Below are positions 10,218 through 22,150 of a stretch of DNA of 64,000 nucleotides, piece after piece (position 1 is the first letter of the stretch; each line of letters opens with the position of its first letter). The DNA lies in the NCBI GenBank assembly GCA_963727825.1, contig CAVSHO010000007.1, positions 1 to 64,000 on the forward strand, given 5' to 3'. The notes beneath the pieces are model-generated. The model did no database searches, was not told the DNA's origin, and saw nothing but the letters and a program-made list of their open reading frames with translations. Both the position numbers and the translations under genes were made by a program. Source of the stretch: Ignavibacteriota bacterium (lineage in GTDB: Bacteria; Bacteroidota; Ignavibacteria; UBA10030).

Positions 10218-12280
10218 TTAATGCTCCCAGGCCACGACGACACCTTCCCAGGCAGGCACCGAAGAATGCCAGGAGCCTCGTGTTGGCTTCAGCTCTTCGG
10301 CCCCACGCTGCCCGAGTCGGCTCATCCGCCTGACAGGTTGTGAACCTTCCAGGGTGACGGTTTCTTCCGTCGCGCTGTGATTGACCACCACGGTGTACCC
10401 GCGCTCACGTCCGACGAGCGAGCCGGCTTCTACGCTGGGAAGACCTGTCCGCATACGCGTGAGTGCCCGCGCCTCGCTCGCCACTGCCTCGTAGATGCGC
10501 CAGGCGGGGTTGTCTCCCTCGAAGGCGTTCGGGCTTGTCCCAAGCATGGCCTCGAACGGAACGGAGCAAAGCGCCGCGAGCCCCGCTGAGTCCCGGCGGA
10601 TCACGAGGGCGGGGCATCCATGCTCGTCCTCGGCAACCACTTCTGCGCCCGTGAGCTCCAGGACTGCGGGCCACAACTGGTGGACGGATGCATCCCCCTT
10701 GAATGAGAAGGCTTCCCCGGGTTTCAAGCCGCCAAAGGGGCGGACGACCGTGAGGGTTGCACCCGCTGCCCGGGCGATGATCGGCGAGGCGCGCTCCGAA
10801 AAGATCCTCCATCTCAGGGATCGCGGCATCCGCGCCTACCGACGCGTAGACGGTTCCGCCGGAAGAGACGTGGCGCCGCACCCCTCCCCAGAAGGTCGTG
10901 TGGACGTGAGTGATGTCGCATTCCGTGCCGGTGAGAGGGGAGGGGAGCACGAGCAGGCGGGGCTCCTGCCAGTTCTGGTATTCGCGCACAAAAGCCGGCT
11001 TCTGCCCTGCCTGGCGGAGGAGGACGAACGCCGAGAGCTGGGCGCGCATGAAATGCAGGTTCTCGTCGGCAAAGGAACGACGCGGAAGCCCCTGGACGAG
11101 TCCGTTGTCCTGGTGATGGGCGACATACTGCCCGGCGCGGGTCTTCCATGCCCATGCGGCTGCAGTCTCCTTCCGGCTTGGACCACTCCCAGGGAACGAT
11201 CATTGCCGCGGTGGCCGGCTCGGGCTCGACCCCCTCCAGGTCGATCTGCGCCAGCGTAGCGGCGATCTCGCGGAACGCGGCGCCGGGCGGGCCGGGGCGT
11301 GCGGTCGTGGGTCAGCAGGCCGAACTGCGTCTCGTGAGGAACGGTCCTGTAGGGTGCGCGCCGCCAGGCATCGGGGGCGGCGTCGATCACGTCCCAGAGA
11401 AGAAAGCCGTTTGCACCCGCGGCGAAAGCCGCGTAAATCGATGCGCGGTCATAACGGGCAATCGTCTCGGGAAGATACTGGGCGGCCGATGCGCCCAGCT
11501 CGTGGATCATGACGGGCCTTCCCGCCCCGCTGGAAAGCGCGGCCTGAATGCGCCGGCGTAGGTCATGCGGACGGAGAGCATGGGATCCGGGAACAGCGAA
11601 GGCATGTAGATGGGATACTGGTGAGAGGAGAAGAAATCCACCTCGTCTGCAAGGAGGTCCGGGCGGAAAGGCCCGCGGCGCAGGTCCTCCTGGTCCGTCC
11701 CGACGCAGACGAGGTGACGGCTGTCAACGCGCCGCACCGCGCCGGCCACCAGTCGTGTCCAGTTGATGGCCATGGCGTCTGTCGTATGCGGGGCTCGCAC
11801 GATCCAGAAAGGCGGTTCGTCAGTCAGGTCCCACGCAAGGATGGCCGGCTCATCGCGGTAGCGGGATGCGATCTGCCGGGCATGATCGGTCTGGAGCCGA
11901 AGGAGGTCGGGGTCCGCGTGCGGGTGGCGGCCGTGACGGTAAGGGATGTCATAGTAGCCCGTCTCGCCCCCGATGAACATGCAGGGGTGGAGATAGATCC
12001 CGAACTCGTGCGCGAGACGGACAAACTCGTCGAGCTGTGAGAATGCCTGCGGGTTGTACTGCCCTGGGTAGGGCTCGAACCATGCCCAGAAAAGGTCGAT
12101 GCGGACCGCGTTGAATCCAAGGGCTTTCATGGCCGCAAAATCGGCACGGATCTCCTTCGGTTCCCATTCCAACGGCCAGTGCAATCCGTTCGATGCCACC
12201 CAGTGTGCCCCCATCGGCACGAAGCGGCCCTTGTCGTTGCGAAGGTACGTGCCATCGCGCCGGACGAATGTTAGGTTCAC
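10218..12280 (-). CDS. Clan GH-A glycoside hydrolase (GH5/GH42-like), several frameshifts
   Basis: GFNAVRIDLFWAWFEPYPGQYN, acid/base motif LAWDLTDEPP, FFSSHQYP, nucleophile region IHELG, GFLLW, PHETQFGL; C-terminal GH42-like trimerisation domain. Confidence 0.8.
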
Positions 12281-12294
12281 AGGGGTTCTCCCGG

Positions 12295-13352
12295 CTATTC
12301 CTTCGCTGTCACCTTGCTCGAAAAGCTGAACTCGCCTGCCGTTCGGCCGCGCAGCTCGCCCAGGGCCAGGGTCATCATCTGCACGGGAAGCATTTCGAGC
12401 ATTGTCAGTGCAGTCCCGGTGGCCTCCGCAATCCCCCATGCGCCGACCGGACCTGCCGCGCTGAACGAGGGCGGTCTTCCCTCCCCAGACGCCGAATGTC
12501 GTCATGGAGTCCCACGCTCAGGGCTTGAGAAGGCTCACTTCCGGCAAACACGACGACAAAGGTCTCCGGGCCGATCATCTCCAGCGGCCCGTGCCGGAAC
12601 GCCGCGCAGCTCATGCCCTCGGCGGGGACATGGGTGGACTCCTTGATCACCAGCCCACCCGTGCACGCGGCGGTCAGGGAAGCCCCGCGTCCGCCAAGTA
12701 GATCTGGCGGATGCCCTTCAGCTCGGCCGTCAGTTCTCGTACGAAAACCTGCCAATGATGCAGGTAGCCGGTGATCGCGGCGGCAGCTGCCTCGAGGGGG
12801 GCGGTCTCCAGCGGGACGCGGAGGAGCAGGTCTCCCAGCAGCGACTGCGCCGCCAGGCACGCGGTGAATGTCTTGCAGTCTACGGTGGCCTCCGGCCCGA
12901 CGGCGAACACGAACGCAGCGGCAGCCCTGCGGGCCAGCGGCCCCTCGGGCTCATTCGTCAGGCCGATCACTTTGCGCCGGTTCCCGCAGTCATCAAGCAG
13001 GCGCACGATCTCGGCGCTTGCTCCGGACGCGGCTCGCTGCGATGACCAGGGTCCGCTCGCCCTCCAGGAGCGCGTGAGAGTGGTAGAGCAGCTCAGAGGT
13101 CTCCACGAGCCATGCATTCCGTCGAGCCTCGATGAGCCGCAGGTACAGGGGGTGCAAGGCCCAGAAGGACGAGCCCATCCCGGTGAGGATGAATCGGTCG
13201 AACGAGCCGCCCTGCAGCAGGCCGGGGAGCGCACCTTCTCGGCATGCTTCTGCCATGCGTTCTATTGCGGGTGCCAACACATGTGCCTGCTCGAGAATGT
13301 CGCTCACGTAGGGCGCTTCTGCGCCGGATCGTGTGAGGATATCGTCCTTCAT
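12295..13352 (-). CDS. SIS-domain sugar-phosphate isomerase/deaminase (GlmS-C/AgaS/FrlB-like), frameshifted
   Basis: SDILEQ, LTGMGSS, VGPEATVDCKTFT, IKESTHVPAEGMSCAAFRHGPLEM, C-terminal KVTAKE*. Confidence 0.85.
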
Positions 13353-13478
13353 TGCTTCCCTTCCTGTCGCGTGTCGCTTTCGCCCTAGAGGAAGGGGCTC
13401 CACCGTGTGCGTGAAGCCCCCTTCCTGTGCCGTCGCATCGAGCGGTACCGCCCGCGGCGGGACCGCCGGTTGGCGTGC

Positions 13479-14962
13479 CTACTTCTTGTTTGCTTTCAGC
13501 CAGGCATTTAGCTGCGCGTTCTGGTCCGCGAGCAGCTTGTCGATGCCGCCCGCCTTCAGCTTGTCAAGGAACTTCTGATACGTGCCGTCCGCGCGGGCGT
13601 CGACGGTGCCGGAAGAAATCTGCGGATCGAACTCCGCCGCCACGTTGGCCAGTTCGCTGAGCTCGTCCTTCATGTTGCTCGGATCATAGACGAAGCCAAG
13701 CGAGGAGTTTCTCACCGCGCTGTTGTTGAAATCTGCGAGCCTCTTGGCTCCGTTGGGAGGATCGATGTCCAGATCGAAGTTCAGGGCCTGGTTGCCCCAC
13801 TCCCAGACCTGGTTGTAGTACAACGGGTTGGCGGGATCGTTTCCCTTGGCGAACGATATGAGATTGCCGCCCTTCTTCACGTAATGAACGCCTTCAACGC
13901 CGTAGACAAGCATGTTCTGCACGGTCTTGTCGGTGTGCATGAGGTTCAGGAGCATCATGGCCCGCTCGGGATTCTTGGTCTGCCGAGGAATCGCCCACAT
14001 TGTCCCCTGCACGAGGCTCGTCGAGATGATGGGCTTTATGACGTTGAGAACGACTATCGGGGTTCCAATCTGGCGGCCCGTGACCTCCTGTGTGAGGTAA
14101 TTGGTATTGTCAGTATAGGAGAAGATTTTCCCCGATTTCATCATGTCGACCGGATCTGCCCGCGTCGTGGCAATGTCCTGGTTTGTGAGGCCCTCGACGA
14201 ACCACTTTCGAGCAATATCCATGGACTTCCGGTAATAGTCGGTATCGTAAAAGTTGAGGTACTTGGGAACCTGGTCGTAGATATTCATGGTGGTTACTTC
14301 GAACTGCCCCTGCCTGTCCCACGGCCCATTCCAGGAAAGAAGCTTGCTCGGGATGCCATAGTAGGGGGTGATGTCAGGCTCTTTCTGCTTGATGACCTTG
14401 AACAGCGGCTCCAGGTCCTCGGGGTTCGTGACGTCCTTCACCTTGAAGTTGACCGACGGGCCGTACTTGTCCAGCAGGTCCTTGCGAATGATGAAGCCCC
14501 GGGTCTGCGCCAGTATCTGGTTCGAGGGGATAGCGTAGAGCTTGCCGTTCATGCGGCCGGAGTCCAGGGTCCACTTGTAGCTGCTGTTGAGAATGCCTTG
14601 ACCGTATTTCTGGATGAGGCGGTCAGGTCGAGAAACGCGCCTTTTGGCGCGTTCGTGGTATAGCCGCACCATGGGGCCGTGAAGATCAAGTCGGCGTCCT
14701 CTCCCGATGCGAGGATCAGGTTGGCCTTGTCATTCCACGCGTCCCAGTCGTACTGATCGAGAACGATCGTGGCATTGATCTTGGGCTTCAGATACGCGGT
14801 GAGTGCGTCGCTGACCGCCTGGACGTCCTTTTGGGGCGGCCCGCAGGCGATGATCTTCAAGGTCACCGGCGCAAGCGTCTGGGCGGTCGCCGCCAGTGCG
14901 GGCACCAGAGTGCAGAGCACCGCAGCGGCCGCGCAAATAAGGAATCTCCGTGTGCGTTTCAT
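13479..14962 (-). CDS. Carbohydrate ABC transporter substrate-binding protein (LplA/DUF3502-like), one frameshift
   Basis: Signal peptide, LILASGEDADLIF, NGKLYAIPS, KNPERAMMLLNL, LVYGVEGVHY, KLKAGGIDKL..QLNAW. Confidence 0.9.
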
Positions 14963-15062
14963 AGTTATCCCCCTTCAGAGTGTTCAGGCCGTTCTCGGCC
15001 TGGAATGGAAAAGAACCTCGGTTCGCGAAGGTCTGCGCGCCTGCTACCCTCCTTTCCTTCTC

Positions 15063-15959
15063 TCATCCTTTTATCGCGCCTACCGTCAGGCCCTGGATGA
15101 AATACCTCTGGAAAAACGGGTATGCCACGACGATGGGACCGATCCCCACCACCGCCATGGCCATCCTCACCGTTTCGCTCGGCATGGATGACCTGTTCAC
15201 CCTGGAAGCGACGGCCGGATTGGCAAGCATGAACTGGATGTTCTGCATTGTCTTCAGCATGTAGTACTGGATGCTGACATTCTGGCGATTGGAGATGAAC
15301 AGGAGGCTCATGAACCAGTCGTTCCAGTACACGAGGGTGGTGAACAGGCCGATGGTGGCGAAAGCGGGAAGTGCAAGCGGCGCGACGATGCGGAAAAGAA
15401 TCGTCATCTCGCGCGCACCGTGAGCTTTGCCGATTCCACGAGCGAATCGGGGATGGAGCCCGTCAGGAATGTGCGCATGACGATGACGTAGAAAGGATTC
15501 AGAAGGTAGGGGAGGATCAGGGCGATCAGCGAGTTCTTCAAATGGAGGTACTGGGTGTAAAGAATGTAGAACGGAACCAGTCCGCCGTTGAAAACCATGG
15601 TAATGAAAAGGAAAATTGCGAAGAAGCGCCGGTAGGGAAAGTCCTTGCGGAAAAGCGGGTAAGCGTACAAGGCGGTCAATAGGAGACTGACCACGGTACC
15701 GACGCCCGTGACGATGATCGATATGACGTAGGATCTGCCGATCTGCTGGATATCGAGAGCCAGGAACTTGTACGCTTGTAGGCTGAAAACGCGCGGTATC
15801 AGCCGGGTAGCCCACCCGCATCACTATCCTCTCATCGGTAAGGGACACTCCCACCACGATGAGAAAGGGGATCACGCAGGCCAGGGTGCAGAGTATGAAA
15901 ACCAGGTGAATGACCGCCCCGGCTCCCGGGGAGATTGTGTTGAGCGGTCGCCTTTTCAT
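15063..15959 (-). CDS. Carbohydrate ABC transporter permease (LplC/MalG-like), frameshifted
   Basis: EAA loop IPDSLVESAK, FNGGLVPFY, YWNDWF, YPFFQRYFIQGLTVGAIKG. Confidence 0.9.
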   Translation of the reverse strand: MKRRPLNTISPGAGAVIHLVFILCTLACVIPFLIVVGVSLTDERIVMRVGYPADTARFQPTSVQVPGSRYPADRQILRHIDHRHGRRYRGQSPIDRLVRLPAFPQGLSLPALLRNFPFHYHGFQRRTGSVLHSLHPVPPFEELADRPDPPLPSESFLRHRHAHIPDGLHPRFARGIGKAHGAREMTILFRIVAPLALPAFATIGLFTTLVYWNDWFMSLLFISNRQNVSIQYYMLKTMQNIQFMLANPAVASRVNRSSMPSETVRMAMAVVGIGPIVVAYPFFQRYFIQGLTVGAIKG

Positions 15960-16889
15960 AGCAACGCCCTTTCCGGGTTGATGCGGCGAATAACGAGGTT
16001 CGTGGCAAGAACCAACACGAACCCCACGACCGATTGGTAGAATCCCGCGGCAGAGGCCATCGCGATATCGTTGGTCTGCGTCAGCGCGCGATACACGTAA
16101 GTGTCAATCACGTTCGTGACAGGAAACAACGGCCCCGACTGGAGGGGAACCTGGTAGAAAAGCCCGAAGTCCGAGTTGAAGATCCGCCCGACGGCGAGAA
16201 CGCTCAGGATGATGACCAGGGGCTGGAGAAAGGGAATAGAGATATAGCGCATCTGGACCCACTTGCCGCCCCCGTCACTGGCAATGGCTTCGTAGTACTC
16301 GGGGTTGATGCCAGCAAGGGCCGCAAGGTAAATGACCGTTGTGTAGCCGGCGTTTTTCCACGTGTTGATGATGGGAAGGAAGAAAGGCCAGTATTTCGGC
16401 GCGTTGTACCAAGGCACGGCGCGGATGCCGAAAAGGGGCAGCACCTCCTTGTTCATCACCCCGGTGTCGTGGGACAGGAAGGCATAGACGAGGTAGCTGA
16501 CCATGACCATTGAGAGGAAATAGGGAAAGAGCATTGATGTCTGGTAGATCTTTTTCAGTGCCCGGCCGCGGATCTCGTTCAGCAGGAGGGCGAGGGTGAC
16601 CGGCAATGGCGTTGAGCGCGATGAACAGCAGGTTGTAGCCGAGCGTGTTGCGCGTAATGATCCAGGCGTCCTGCATGGCGAAGAGGTAGTGAAAGTTCTT
16701 GAAGCCGACCCAGGGACTGCCGAACATTCCTTGCGTAAAGTTGTAGTCCTTGAAAGCGACGATCACCCCCACCATGGGGAAGTAGCTGTTGACCAGGGTG
16801 TAAACCACGGGGATGGCCAGCATCAGGAGCAACTCTCTGGAATGAAAGATGTTTTGAAAGAAAGATCTCTTCTTGCCCGCCACCCGCAT
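15956..16889 (-). CDS. Carbohydrate ABC transporter permease (LplB/MalF-like), one frameshift
   Basis: VAFKDY, SPWVGFKNF, IYLAALAGINPEYYEA, NVIDTYVYR, AAGFYQSVVG. Confidence 0.9.
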
Positions 16890-16943
16890 CGCCTGAATGC
16901 CCTTCTTAGGCAAGGTCGCCAAATTGGATTAGGTTAACCGTAC

Positions 16944-17045
16944 GACATGATGTCATGATAAGACAGGAGTTGTCAAGACTTTTCTTCGCCAGTTTGGGGT
17001 GCGATATTAGACATATTGACATGTCGACATGTTCTTCTTACTAAT
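16944..17045. promoter_or_regulatory. Divergent promoters with candidate operator boxes
   Basis: Palindrome CATGATGTCATG at 16946; TTGACA on the minus strand at ~16971; tandem octamers GACATATT-GACATGTC-GACATGTT at 17010-17033 overlapping TTGACA at 17016. Confidence 0.6.
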
Positions 17046-17084
17046 TGAAGAGTTGAGTAGACCTGTGCGCACGCTCGGAGGCAA

Positions 17085-19334
17085 ATGATGGGTCCGCGTT
17101 TCTCGGACAAACAGAAGAACCCCTTGGAGTTTTTCCCCATGGGCAACACGCATCATGCTGACTTTCTGAAGCAGTCTCCGCCCATGACGACATCCCAGTA
17201 CAAGGAGTTCATGGTTGGCGAGATCCGTGCCATGGTGGACGCCGGTTTCAACGTTTACAACATGAACTTCGGTTGGCTGGATCTCGAGATCCGCCCCGAC
17301 GTTTGGGATTTCGATCGTACGGACGCGGTATTCGAAATCTGCACCCAGCTTGGGCTGCCGTTCTTTGCCTGGATGTTCTCAGAACTCACTCCGCGATGGT
17401 TGACGCGAGAGCACCCCGAAACAGCGGCCGTCGCCGCAACGGGCTACCGAGGGCCTTCGCATAGCTACGGATCGTCCATCGCCCTCCAGCGCGTGCGCAC
17501 CTTCATTCACGCGGTTGTCCGCCGCTACGGGGATTCGCCTCTCTGCCTGGGGTACAACGTGGGGGTCGAGTCCGGTCTCTTCTGGTTGGAAGAACAGGAC
17601 AGCTCCGAGCCGGCGGCACGCCTTTGGGATTACAATGCCGAGGTAGTCGCGGGCTTTGCGCCCTGGCTGTCGCAGAAGTACCGGTCTATCGATGAGCTCA
17701 ATCGCATCTACAGAGATCACTACGAGTCCTTCGAAGAGGTGGAACCGCCCAACAGCCGCTACATCCAGGAGCAGTTCATGCTCATCAACCAGGTGCCATG
17801 GCTGGACTGGCGGTTGTACATGATCGACGTCCTCACCACGTACATCCACTTCAAAGCGGACGCGGTGCGCCAGCTGAAACCTGGTGCACTGGTGAGCGAC
17901 CAGTCCTACGTCATTGACCCGGCGAAAAACGCCCAGGACATCTGGAAGATAAACACGCGGATGGACGTCATCGGGACCAGCATGTTCGTCTCGAACAATC
18001 CAGGTGAGTTTACGCGCGCCGAGTACTGGGAGGACTACTTCCGCTGTTCAGCCCGCGGAAAGCCCTACTGGATCTGGGAGCTGCGCTGCGGCCAGAACGC
18101 GTGGGGGATCACCAACTGGGGACTTCCGGTCAGCGCCAACGACGTGGCGCGGTTCACCTGGCAGGCAATAGGCCACGACTGCAAGGCAATCCAGTACTGG
18201 AATTGGCGCCCGCATATCGGCGGCGTGGAGGTCGGGGGTCACGGTTTCACTGAACGTGACGGTAGCATGACCGACAGAGTGCGGCGGGTCGGGGGTATCA
18301 GCCGGCTGCTCCACCAGAACCGCGCCTGGTTCCTCGAGGCGCACGTTCCGCAGGCGGAGATTGCTCTCTTGGACAGCCCATTGTCGCGCATCATCGCCGC
18401 GGGGGAAGGCTCGGATGCGCTTGTCTTCGAATCGCAGGTCGGAGCCCACCACCTGTTGAAATCACTGGGGTATGACGTCGATTTCATCTGCGAAGAAGAG
18501 ATCGCGGCAGGCCTGCTTGCGCATTACCGGCTCCTGGTCGTGCCGTGTGCGTACGCTTTGAATCCCGCGACCGGCGCGGCGATCCGCTCCTGGGTGCACG
18601 CTGGCGGCTTCCTGCTCTCTGGCCTTTGGTGCGGCGCCAAGGACGAGCACGGCTACGGCCAGCCCGTGGTGCCTGGCTTCGGCCTTGCCGAAGTTTTCGG
18701 AGCCAGGGAGAAAGCGCTCTACCCGGTGTTCGCCGAGAAGGATCGCATGCAGACCAACATGCAGTTCGCTTTCAACGGTGCTATCACCGGAAGGCCCTTG
18801 TTTCGGATCGTGCAGCCGCTTCTGCCGGAGGGACGGGCACAACCAGGAGACACCTTCACGGGTTTCTGCTACGTTTCCGTCCTGAGTCCATCTCCGAACG
18901 CCGACGTCATTGCCGTGGATGGGCGGGAGCAACCGGTAGCCGTCAGGAATCGATTCGGAGACGGTCAGGCATTCATGGTGGGCTCGTTCCTGATTCCCGA
19001 GCAGGAGTTCGCGGTCACCGGTTTCAACCGGCTCGCCGAGGATTTTTCCGCGCTCGCCGGCCTGGAGCTTCCGCTCACAATCCTCAACCGTGGTAACCGC
19101 CAGGTGGCGGCGAAGCTTCTCCGTCATCCGGACAGCAGCCAGGTGATGATCGTTCTCAACAACGAGACACAGGCGGTTGACCTGAGCATCCGCCTTGGCG
19201 GACCAGCGGTGGCCCGCGCATTCGACCTTGAGGCGGTGACGGCCGTGACATTCTCCAAAAGCCCCGGGGGCTCGGTCATCCGCCTCCGGCTCGACCCGGG
19301 CGACGCTCGGGCAATTCGAATCGAGGCGCTATGA
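17085..19334 (+). CDS. GH42-like beta-glycosidase
   Basis: 749 aa intact; FGWLDLEIRPDVWDF, PRWL, WLDWR, WIWEL, IQYWNWRP, trimerisation domain. Confidence 0.85.
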   Translation: MMGPRFSDKQKNPLEFFPMGNTHHADFLKQSPPMTTSQYKEFMVGEIRAMVDAGFNVYNMNFGWLDLEIRPDVWDFDRTDAVFEICTQLGLPFFAWMFSELTPRWLTREHPETAAVAATGYRGPSHSYGSSIALQRVRTFIHAVVRRYGDSPLCLGYNVGVESGLFWLEEQDSSEPAARLWDYNAEVVAGFAPWLSQKYRSIDELNRIYRDHYESFEEVEPPNSRYIQEQFMLINQVPWLDWRLYMIDVLTTYIHFKADAVRQLKPGALVSDQSYVIDPAKNAQDIWKINTRMDVIGTSMFVSNNPGEFTRAEYWEDYFRCSARGKPYWIWELRCGQNAWGITNWGLPVSANDVARFTWQAIGHDCKAIQYWNWRPHIGGVEVGGHGFTERDGSMTDRVRRVGGISRLLHQNRAWFLEAHVPQAEIALLDSPLSRIIAAGEGSDALVFESQVGAHHLLKSLGYDVDFICEEEIAAGLLAHYRLLVVPCAYALNPATGAAIRSWVHAGGFLLSGLWCGAKDEHGYGQPVVPGFGLAEVFGAREKALYPVFAEKDRMQTNMQFAFNGAITGRPLFRIVQPLLPEGRAQPGDTFTGFCYVSVLSPSPNADVIAVDGREQPVAVRNRFGDGQAFMVGSFLIPEQEFAVTGFNRLAEDFSALAGLELPLTILNRGNRQVAAKLLRHPDSSQVMIVLNNETQAVDLSIRLGGPAVARAFDLEAVTAVTFSKSPGGSVIRLRLDPGDARAIRIEAL

Positions 19335-20343
19335 ACCAGTTCCTTAAGGACATTCTCGACCAGCCCGCGGCTCTCCAGACGGCTCTCGACTACACGCTCT
19401 CCTCGGTCGGGATGGCGGATCTTGGCCGCGCGGCCCGGATGATCACGTCGGCCAGGCGCGTGGTGCTCACGAGCATGGGCAGCGCCCTCTATTCGCTGAT
19501 ACCGCTTCACCACGAGCTCGCGCGCGTGCACCCCGCTGTCCACCTGGTCGAAACGGCGGAGCTCCTTGCCGAGCCTCTCTCCGGAAGCGATACGCTGTAC
19601 CTGATCTTGTCGCGCTCAGGTGAAAGCGGTGAAGTGGCAGCCTTCTCCACCTATCTCCACGAGCGTGGGATGCCGGTGATAGCCGTCACCATGACGCCTT
19701 CGAGCACGCTGGCGCGGAGCGCGGATCTCGTTCTCCACGATCCGGTTCCCTACGACGGCCTTATCTGCACGAAGGCATACACCACGTTGACGCTGGTCGG
19801 CCTGTTGCTGGCTTCGCAGGTCTCCGGCACCCTGACGGCGACACTCACGGCCGGTCTCGCCTCCTCGTTCGAGTGGCTGGAAGACAGCAAAGAGACTTTC
19901 CGGAAGGCCGCGGCCGCAATCGACTGGCTGAACGGCTCTCTCTACTTTCTCTCCTACGGTGTCGGCGATGCACTCACACTCTCCGGCCGGCGCTCTGGCT
20001 CGAAGAAGCCGCGCGGGTCCCTGCGTCGACGATGTCGATCGCGAACTTCCTGCACGGCCCTGTTGAGCAGGTGGACGCTCGGTTCCGCGGAGTTTGGATC
20101 GATCTTTCTCCGAGCGCCCATTCAAAAGCAAAGTTTGCGCAGGCATTTTCGCATGGCGGTCGCTGGATAAGGCTCATGATGGATGACGCTGCATCGGATT
20201 TTTCGCTACGCTCGCATGACCTCCCAACGTCCTTTCGCGTGCTGACGGCGGCTCTGCCGGTCCAGCTCATCGCGTGGCGGACAGCGGACACCCTCGGGAT
20301 CGAGGCCGGGGCGATGCGCTATGTGGGATGGGTGGTGAAGTGA
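19331..20343 (+). CDS. Second SIS-domain protein (GlcN6P deaminase/isomerase-like), one frameshift
   Basis: KDILDQPAAL, TSMGSA, SRSGES, CTKAYT, LWLEEAARVPA, NFLHGPVE. Confidence 0.85.
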
Positions 20344-21265
20344 GCATTCAGGGCCCGGTTCTCGGAATTGACGTCGGTGGCACGCGCACAAAGTTCGGCC
20401 TCGTCGATCTTGGGGAGAGAAAGATAATCGCGGAATTGGTGCGCCCGACCTGCACCGAGGGTCTTGGGCCGTATCTAGTCTCCATCAGCGAGGCATTCGC
20501 GGACTTGTGCCGGGCCGGGAAAATCGACCGGTGAGACAGGTACGAGCATGCGGCGTCGGTCTGCCAGGATTTGTCGGCCCGCGGATCAGCGCGATGTGGC
20601 AACCGCTCAGCTTTTTGGAAGGAGATCATTTCCTGCCCGCGTTGGAACGCGCGCTTCAGATGCCGATCCGGGCAGACAATGACGCGAGGGCCGTGGCGCT
20701 CGGAGAGGCGAACTTCGGGCCCTACGGCGGCGCGCAGCGCTTGCTGTCACTGACGCTGGGCTCCGGGCTCGGGTTCGGGTTCGTTGTGCAGGGACGCCTG
20801 CAGGAGCCGACTTCCATCAATCATCTCGCCGGGCACATCCCCGTTCGAACCATTGCGGAAAAGTGTTACTGCGGATTCAGCGGATGTCTGGAGATGCTTG
20901 TCAGCGCGTCGGGCTTGATGAGAAGCTACCGCGAAGCTTTTGCAGCGGCCGCGGAAGCAAAGGGAGGGGCTGCTACCGCGGAGGAAGTGTTTGAGGCCGC
21001 ACGCTCGGAGATGCCTGCAGCAGTCCACGCGGTGCGCCAGTGGCTCGTTGACGTATCGGCCGGATTGAATGCGTACATCTACCTGTTCGGGCCTGACACG
21101 ATCATCCTCGGGGGAGGACTGTCGAAGAGCGTCGATCCATGGATGCAAGAGCTCGATTCCTTGCTGTTCGCCCTCCCCTATGAAGGCTACACGGTGGAGT
21201 TGAAGAAGAGCTGCCTTCAGGAATCAGCGGGGGTGCTCGGAGCCGCCGCTCTTCTTCTCTCTTGA
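20340..21265 (+). CDS. ROK family sugar kinase, one frameshift
   Basis: LGIDVGGT, DNDARAVALGE, LTLGSGLG, GH..CYCGFSGCLE, ILGGG. Confidence 0.9.
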
Positions 21266-21281
21266 TTCGAGTGTTCGCGAC

Positions 21282-22063
21282 TCACACGCCCACGATCCGC
21301 TTGAAGCCCGCTTCACTGGAAACCATGTTGATGGCGAGAGTGAGCAAATCGCCGCGACCCACCGACGTCGTGCGTTCGATCGGAGAGCCGTTGTCGAGAT
21401 ACGTGATGTTCCTGATCGCGAAGGCGGATTTCGGTTCAGATGCATCGAGGCCGAACAGCTTTGCATCATCTCTTGCCATGATTATCGCTTCATATGTCTC
21501 TTCTGCATGGTCCAGAACAAAGCCGAATCGCTCTGTTAGAATCTTGTAGAGCGATCCCGCTTCCAGCTCTTTCTCCGCGAACCCGCGCAAAGGTACTCGG
21601 GGATCAGTGTTGTTTCTTTCAAGACAGGGATCTGGTTGGCGAGGCGCAATCTGCTGATCTTGGTTACTCTTCGATTGTTATCCGGCAGCTTAAGAAGCTC
21701 CATGGCTTCGGGGTCGGCTTCTTCGACGGAAAAGGCAAGCATCCTCGAGCTGGGCTCGAGCCCGAGATGCTTCATATCGCTGGAGAAGCTGTAAATCCTG
21801 TCGATATTCCGGCGCTGTTTCTGGTGGGCGACATACGTTCCCTTCCCTTGTCGCCTGGCAAGGTATCCTTCGACAACAAGCTTATTGATCGCCTCCCGTA
21901 CCGTTATGCGGCTCACCTGGAAGGTTTCGCAAAGCTCCGCTTCCGAAGGGATCTGCTCTTCTCCTTTGTACTCCTGGCGCTCTATTCTGTCCTTGATGAT
22001 CTTGGCCAGCTGATAGTACTTCGGGATACCCTCGGAGCTTTTGTCGACCAGCATACCTGCCAT
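21282..22063 (-). CDS. GntR/HutC-family regulator with UTRA domain (NagR/DasR-like), one frameshift
   Basis: PKYYQL, IPSEAELCETFQVSRITVREAI, RQGKGTYV; UTRA region SLYKIL..AEETYEA. Confidence 0.92.
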
Positions 22064-22130
22064 TGATCTGTCCTCCGAACAATTGTTCAGAAATAGCCTA
22101 AATTGTGCGCAATGCCATTTCGGCCATTAC

Positions 22131-22150
22131 TCATCATGACGTTATGATGA
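22131..22150. promoter_or_regulatory. Candidate GntR autoregulatory operator
   Basis: TCATCATGAC-GTTATGATGA (1 mismatch) upstream of gntR, with TTGACA on the minus strand at ~22180; resembles the box at 16946. Confidence 0.55.
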
